DNA of 64,000 nt from Planctomycetota bacterium (GTDB taxonomy: Bacteria > Planctomycetota > UBA8108 > SXIK01). A program made the translations under genes and the position numbers. Positions 60,591 through 64,000 of this stretch are shown here, in pieces. Below the pieces are notes generated by a model, which was not told the origin of the DNA, searched no databases, and saw only the letters and a program-made list of their open reading frames with translations. How positions within the stretch are numbered: position 1 is the stretch's first letter; every line of letters begins with the position of its first letter. The DNA lies in contig CBDCXR010000004.1 in the NCBI GenBank assembly GCA_965223845.1, forward strand, positions 7,805,200-7,869,199. The letters are read 5' to 3'.

Positions 60591-61172
60591 CTACACTCGC
60601 TCTTCCCGCTCGACCGAACCTCGAAGCAGTTGCTTCCCCTTTCGGATCAGGTAGTCGATCCGATTGCTGTTGATTCCGAGCCTCTCCTCGATCTCTCGGT
60701 AGCTGAGCCCTTCGAGGTATTTCATGCGCAGAACATCGCGAACCTCCGGCGGCAGCTTTCGCATGAACTCGGACGCCGCGCTCAGGTCCGAGCTGCCGAG
60801 CGCCGGCGTCGCGCGTGCGCGACGCTCGCGCTGCCGTTCGTCCCGCCGAGCGCGTTCCCGGAGCTCGTCGAACTTGACCACCTTGATCCGCTCGCGCTGA
60901 AACCACTTGTGGCACCGGTTGTAGGCGATGCCGAACAACCAGCTCGAAAAGTTCTCCGGCGCCTGCAGCGAGTCGAGCGCCCGAAACGCCGCGAGGAAGA
61001 TGTCCTGCGTCAAGTCTTCGGCGTCGAAGTAGTTTTTGCTCTTGTAGAGCGCGACGTTGAAGACCGACTGCTGAAACTCCTCGACGAGAGCCTCGAAGGC
61101 GTCCAAGTCACCTCGCCGCGCTCGGTGGACGAGGGCGGTGATCTCCGATCGCTCGGCGCGCGGTTCACTCAT
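60591..61172 (-). CDS. ECF RNA polymerase sigma factor
   Basis: GDLDAFEALV, DAEDLTQDIFL, FSSWLFGIAYN, YLEGLSYREI. Confidence 0.92.
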   Translation of the reverse strand: MSEPRAERSEITALVHRARRGDLDAFEALVEEFQQSVFNVALYKSKNYFDAEDLTQDIFLAAFRALDSLQAPENFSSWLFGIAYNRCHKWFQRERIKVVKFDELRERARRDERQRERRARATPALGSSDLSAASEFMRKLPPEVRDVLRMKYLEGLSYREIEERLGINSNRIDYLIRKGKQLLRGSVEREERV

Positions 61173-61497
61173 GCGAAGTGGTCGTCACGTTCGGGTGGAT
61201 GCTCGTCGCCCCGAACATCCGGAGGGGCGACCCGTACATCGTAGCACCGGAGGCATGCCTTCCGTGTGCCGCGTCGGACTCGTCGCCGCCCGGCCGGTCT
61301 CGAGTGGGCTCAACGTCTTTCTTGATCAAGAGTTAGACGCTGCTCGAGCGTCCAAATACGGAGTACCCCAGGCGCGGGTGCGCTCGGAAAAAAAATCCGG
61401 GAACGGGGCCCCTCGCCGCGGAAAGAATCGTGCCGAACGGCCGGGCGACGGGGAGCGCCCCGCCGAACTCGGTGCGTGGAGGGATCCCGAAAACCGC

Positions 61498-62523
61498 TCA
61501 GAGAGCGGACCGGAGGGAGCGGACGGCGATCTCTGCGGCGCGCTCGGCTTCCCCGTCGTCGACGTCCTTGTGGAACACGAATCGGACCGCCGTGCCGAAC
61601 ATGTTGACGGCGAGAAGCCCGTCCGCCTTCATCTCGGCGACGAGCGGGGCGGGATCGCCGGGAGAGTAGAGGTAGACCATGTTCGTCTCCGGCGCGAGAA
61701 CCCGAACGCCCGGAAGCTCCGCCTCCGATAATGTCGCCGCGAACCGGCGCGCCCGGGCGTGGTCGTCCGCCAGGCGGGCGACGTTCGCTTCGAGAGCGTG
61801 GAGACCGGCCGCCGCGAGCACACCGGCTTGGCGCATTCCGCCGCCGAGCACCTTTCGAAGGCGCCGACACTCGACGATGAACTCGCTCGGTCCGGCGATC
61901 ACCGAGCCCGCTGGTGCGCCGAGCCCCTTAGAAAGGCAGAACATCACCGAATCGGCGCGCGAGGCGTACTCCGCCACGCGGACGCCCGACGCCACCGCGG
62001 CGTTGAAGATGCGAGCGCCGTCGAGATGGAAACGCAGATTTCTCTCCCGACAAAACTCGCGTACGGCGTCGAGATAGTCGACGGGAAGGATCCGGCCGCC
62101 GGCGACGTTGTTCGTCTGCTCGAGAATGAGAAGGCGCGTTCTCGGGCAGTGCACGTCGTCGGGCCGAACCGCCGACTCGAGCGCGTCGAGCGGGACTCGT
62201 CCGCCTTCGCTCGCGAGCGGTCGCATCTGAACGCCCCACAAACGCGCACCTCCGCCGGCTTCGAAGTTGAAGCTGTGTGCGCCCGCTTCGATGAGGATCT
62301 CATCGCCCGGCCGGCTCCACGCCCCGATCGCCGCTGCGTTCCCCATCGTCCCGGTGGGGACGAAGAGCGCACTTTCTTTTCCGAGTCTCTCGGCGGCGGC
62401 GGCTTCGAGCGCCTGGACGGTCGGATCATCGCCGAACACGTCGTCACCGAGGTCCGCCCGGCACATCGCCTCATACATCGCGGCGTCGGGCCGCGTGACG
62501 GTATCGCTACGAAGATCGATCAT
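61498..62523 (-). CDS. ltaE: Low-specificity L-threonine aldolase
   Basis: DLRSDTVTRP, GDDVFGDDPT, PTGTMGN, HLDGARIFNA, CLSKGLGAPAGS, GGGMRQAG. Confidence 0.93.
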   Translation of the reverse strand: MIDLRSDTVTRPDAAMYEAMCRADLGDDVFGDDPTVQALEAAAAERLGKESALFVPTGTMGNAAAIGAWSRPGDEILIEAGAHSFNFEAGGGARLWGVQMRPLASEGGRVPLDALESAVRPDDVHCPRTRLLILEQTNNVAGGRILPVDYLDAVREFCRERNLRFHLDGARIFNAAVASGVRVAEYASRADSVMFCLSKGLGAPAGSVIAGPSEFIVECRRLRKVLGGGMRQAGVLAAAGLHALEANVARLADDHARARRFAATLSEAELPGVRVLAPETNMVYLYSPGDPAPLVAEMKADGLLAVNMFGTAVRFVFHKDVDDGEAERAAEIAVRSLRSAL

Positions 62524-62607
62524 CGGGTTTCGGTCGACGGGGCTGGTCTCGGTAGGATGGGTTCGGGCTCACGGCTTCTCGGTCAGCGGACTGGAACGTG
62601 GTTGAAG

Positions 62608-62964
62608 ATGCGAGCTAGAGATACCCAAGAAGACGACGGCGGACGCAAGAATTTTCTCGGCCGCGGCAACGATGGCTTCCAGTGTTTCGTCTGCCACGCC
62701 GAAGTTCTCCCGCTCGTCTCGGGCGGCTTTCGCAGCCACTGCCCCGCGTGCCTGTGGTCGCGGCACGTCGACATCGTTCCGGGCGATCGCCGCTCGCCGT
62801 GCGGTGGTCTCATGAGACCCGCCCGGGCCGAGCAGCGCCACGGCGAGTGGGCCGTCGTCCACGTGTGCGAAGACTGCGGATTCGAGCGCCGGAATCGACT
62901 CGCGCTCGCCGACGCGCGTCAGCCGGACGAGTGGGATCGGGTCGTCGAGATCTCCGGGGGCTAG
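62608..62964 (+). CDS. RNHCP domain protein
   Basis: FQCFVC, FRSHCPACLWSRHVD..PGDR..CGGLM, HVCEDCG. Confidence 0.88.
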   Translation: MRARDTQEDDGGRKNFLGRGNDGFQCFVCHAEVLPLVSGGFRSHCPACLWSRHVDIVPGDRRSPCGGLMRPARAEQRHGEWAVVHVCEDCGFERRNRLALADARQPDEWDRVVEISGG

Positions 62965-63225
62965 ATCGGCCGTTTCGGGTTCGCGGCGGCCACGATCGAC
63001 GCGTTCTTCGTTCTCCGGCGAGAGGCGAGCGATCCGGAGGTCCCGAACGCCGATACGTGATCCATCCCGGTGACCTAGCCCGCGATCATGACGGTTGCGG
63101 CGCTTCTCGCGATCGCGATGGATCGCATGAAAGGCGCTGAGTCAGTCTGAGATTGGATGAACTTCGAAAGACCCTGAGACGCAGGTACGCGGCTCGGGAC
63201 CGGGCAAGCTACCGCCTCGAGTAGT

Positions 63226-64000
63226 TCATTCCGCTCCATGCCCGGGGCGCGCGAGCCGAGCCACGGTCAGCTCGAACGAACCGGCGACTTTCGCCCCGCC
63301 GACTTCCTCGGCGGCGTCGAGCGTCAGCGTGCCGGCGACGAAGTGGAAGCCGCCGATGGCGAGGAAACCGGTTCCACGGACCAGTGATCCTTGGACGGGG
63401 ATGCCCTGCCCGTTCGTCGGTCGAAAGTCGGACGGCTCGAGCGCCAGGGTGAGCGTGAGCTCCTTTCCCCGCGGGGTCTTCCCTTTGAGCGAAATCGCCG
63501 CCGCTCGTTTGCCGTGGTCGGGTCCGCCGCGGTGGCGAATCGACTCCGCCCGCACCTCGAGGTCTTCGAGCAGGACCGTTTTCCCATCGAGCTCGAGCAC
63601 GGGCTCGGCCCGAGATTCTCCGGCCGGCGGATCGCTCCGGTTCGCGCGCCAGGTCGTCGTAAACGTGCCGCGTGCGCTCCCCACCTTCCTCGCGTACATC
63701 GGCACGCGCTGAGGGCCGAACACCGCCGGCGGCCAGTGTTCCAGCTCCGCCATCACTTCCGCTCGGCGTTCGTCGATGAATCGTCTCTTCGCTTCGATCT
63801 TGTCGCGGAACGACGTCTGACTCGCGTGGAGGGAGTCCTTGACGAGCGGCGCGACGCGGTCGAGCCGCTCGCCGAGCTTTTTTTCGTTCCAGTGCGAATC
63901 GAGCACGGCGAGGAGTTTCTTCCGGTAGCGCTCGCGCATCGCCTCGTCGCCGTAGAGTCGGCGGGCGAGCGCGGAGTGCGGCGAGACGGACTTCGGTTCA
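63226..64000 (-). CDS. 5'-truncated protein, probable CotH-kinase-family C-terminal part
   Basis: Frame open to the window edge: SALARRLY..MRERYRKKL..HWNE..RRFIDERRAEV resembles the CotH C-terminal helices. Confidence 0.55.
   Translation of the reverse strand, partial: EPKSVSPHSALARRLYGDEAMRERYRKKLLAVLDSHWNEKKLGERLDRVAPLVKDSLHASQTSFRDKIEAKRRFIDERRAEVMAELEHWPPAVFGPQRVPMYARKVGSARGTFTTTWRANRSDPPAGESRAEPVLELDGKTVLLEDLEVRAESIRHRGGPDHGKRAAAISLKGKTPRGKELTLTLALEPSDFRPTNGQGIPVQGSLVRGTGFLAIGGFHFVAGTLTLDAAEEVGGAKVAGSFELTVARLARPGHGAE

Noticed and set aside
1-64000. Genome-wide TGA reassignment (Trp/Gly) as the explanation for in-frame TGAs
   Set aside because: serS, carA, purA, mqnA, apgM and others end at TGA at expected lengths, often with ATGA/GTGA overlaps; in-frame TGAs were found only at Cys-like motif positions followed by hairpins

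Overview
High-GC bacterial chromosomal window, densely coding, standard genetic code. It is most consistent with an uncultured Planctomycetota: dockerin-like C-terminal domains, ECF sigma/Ser-Thr kinase pair, sulfatase, futalosine pathway (inference). It holds LPS/glycosyltransferase genes, housekeeping genes (mqnA, mdh, queA, serS, carA, purA, uppS, cdsA, phoH, ybeY, an EF-G paralogue, apgM-type PGM, thiO, ltaE), an ABC export module and several signalling modules. No rRNA, tRNA, CRISPR or mobile element was seen. The main hidden signal is UGA recoding that the ORF track misses, giving two probable selenoprotein genes, each with a SECIS-like hairpin. (1) 57828..59276(-) encodes a secreted UshA-like/tetraheme cytochrome c with a CGU motif, next to a tandem CGC paralogue and downstream of an ECF sigma/anti-sigma pair. 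(2) 28426..29001(+) encodes an HMA-like lipoprotein with an unusual U-x-U motif (two in-frame UGAs), downstream of an outer-membrane beta-barrel. A secreted protein with a CxxCH-bearing temptin-like domain is also notable. Product calls rest on motif recognition by eye; no searches were run.
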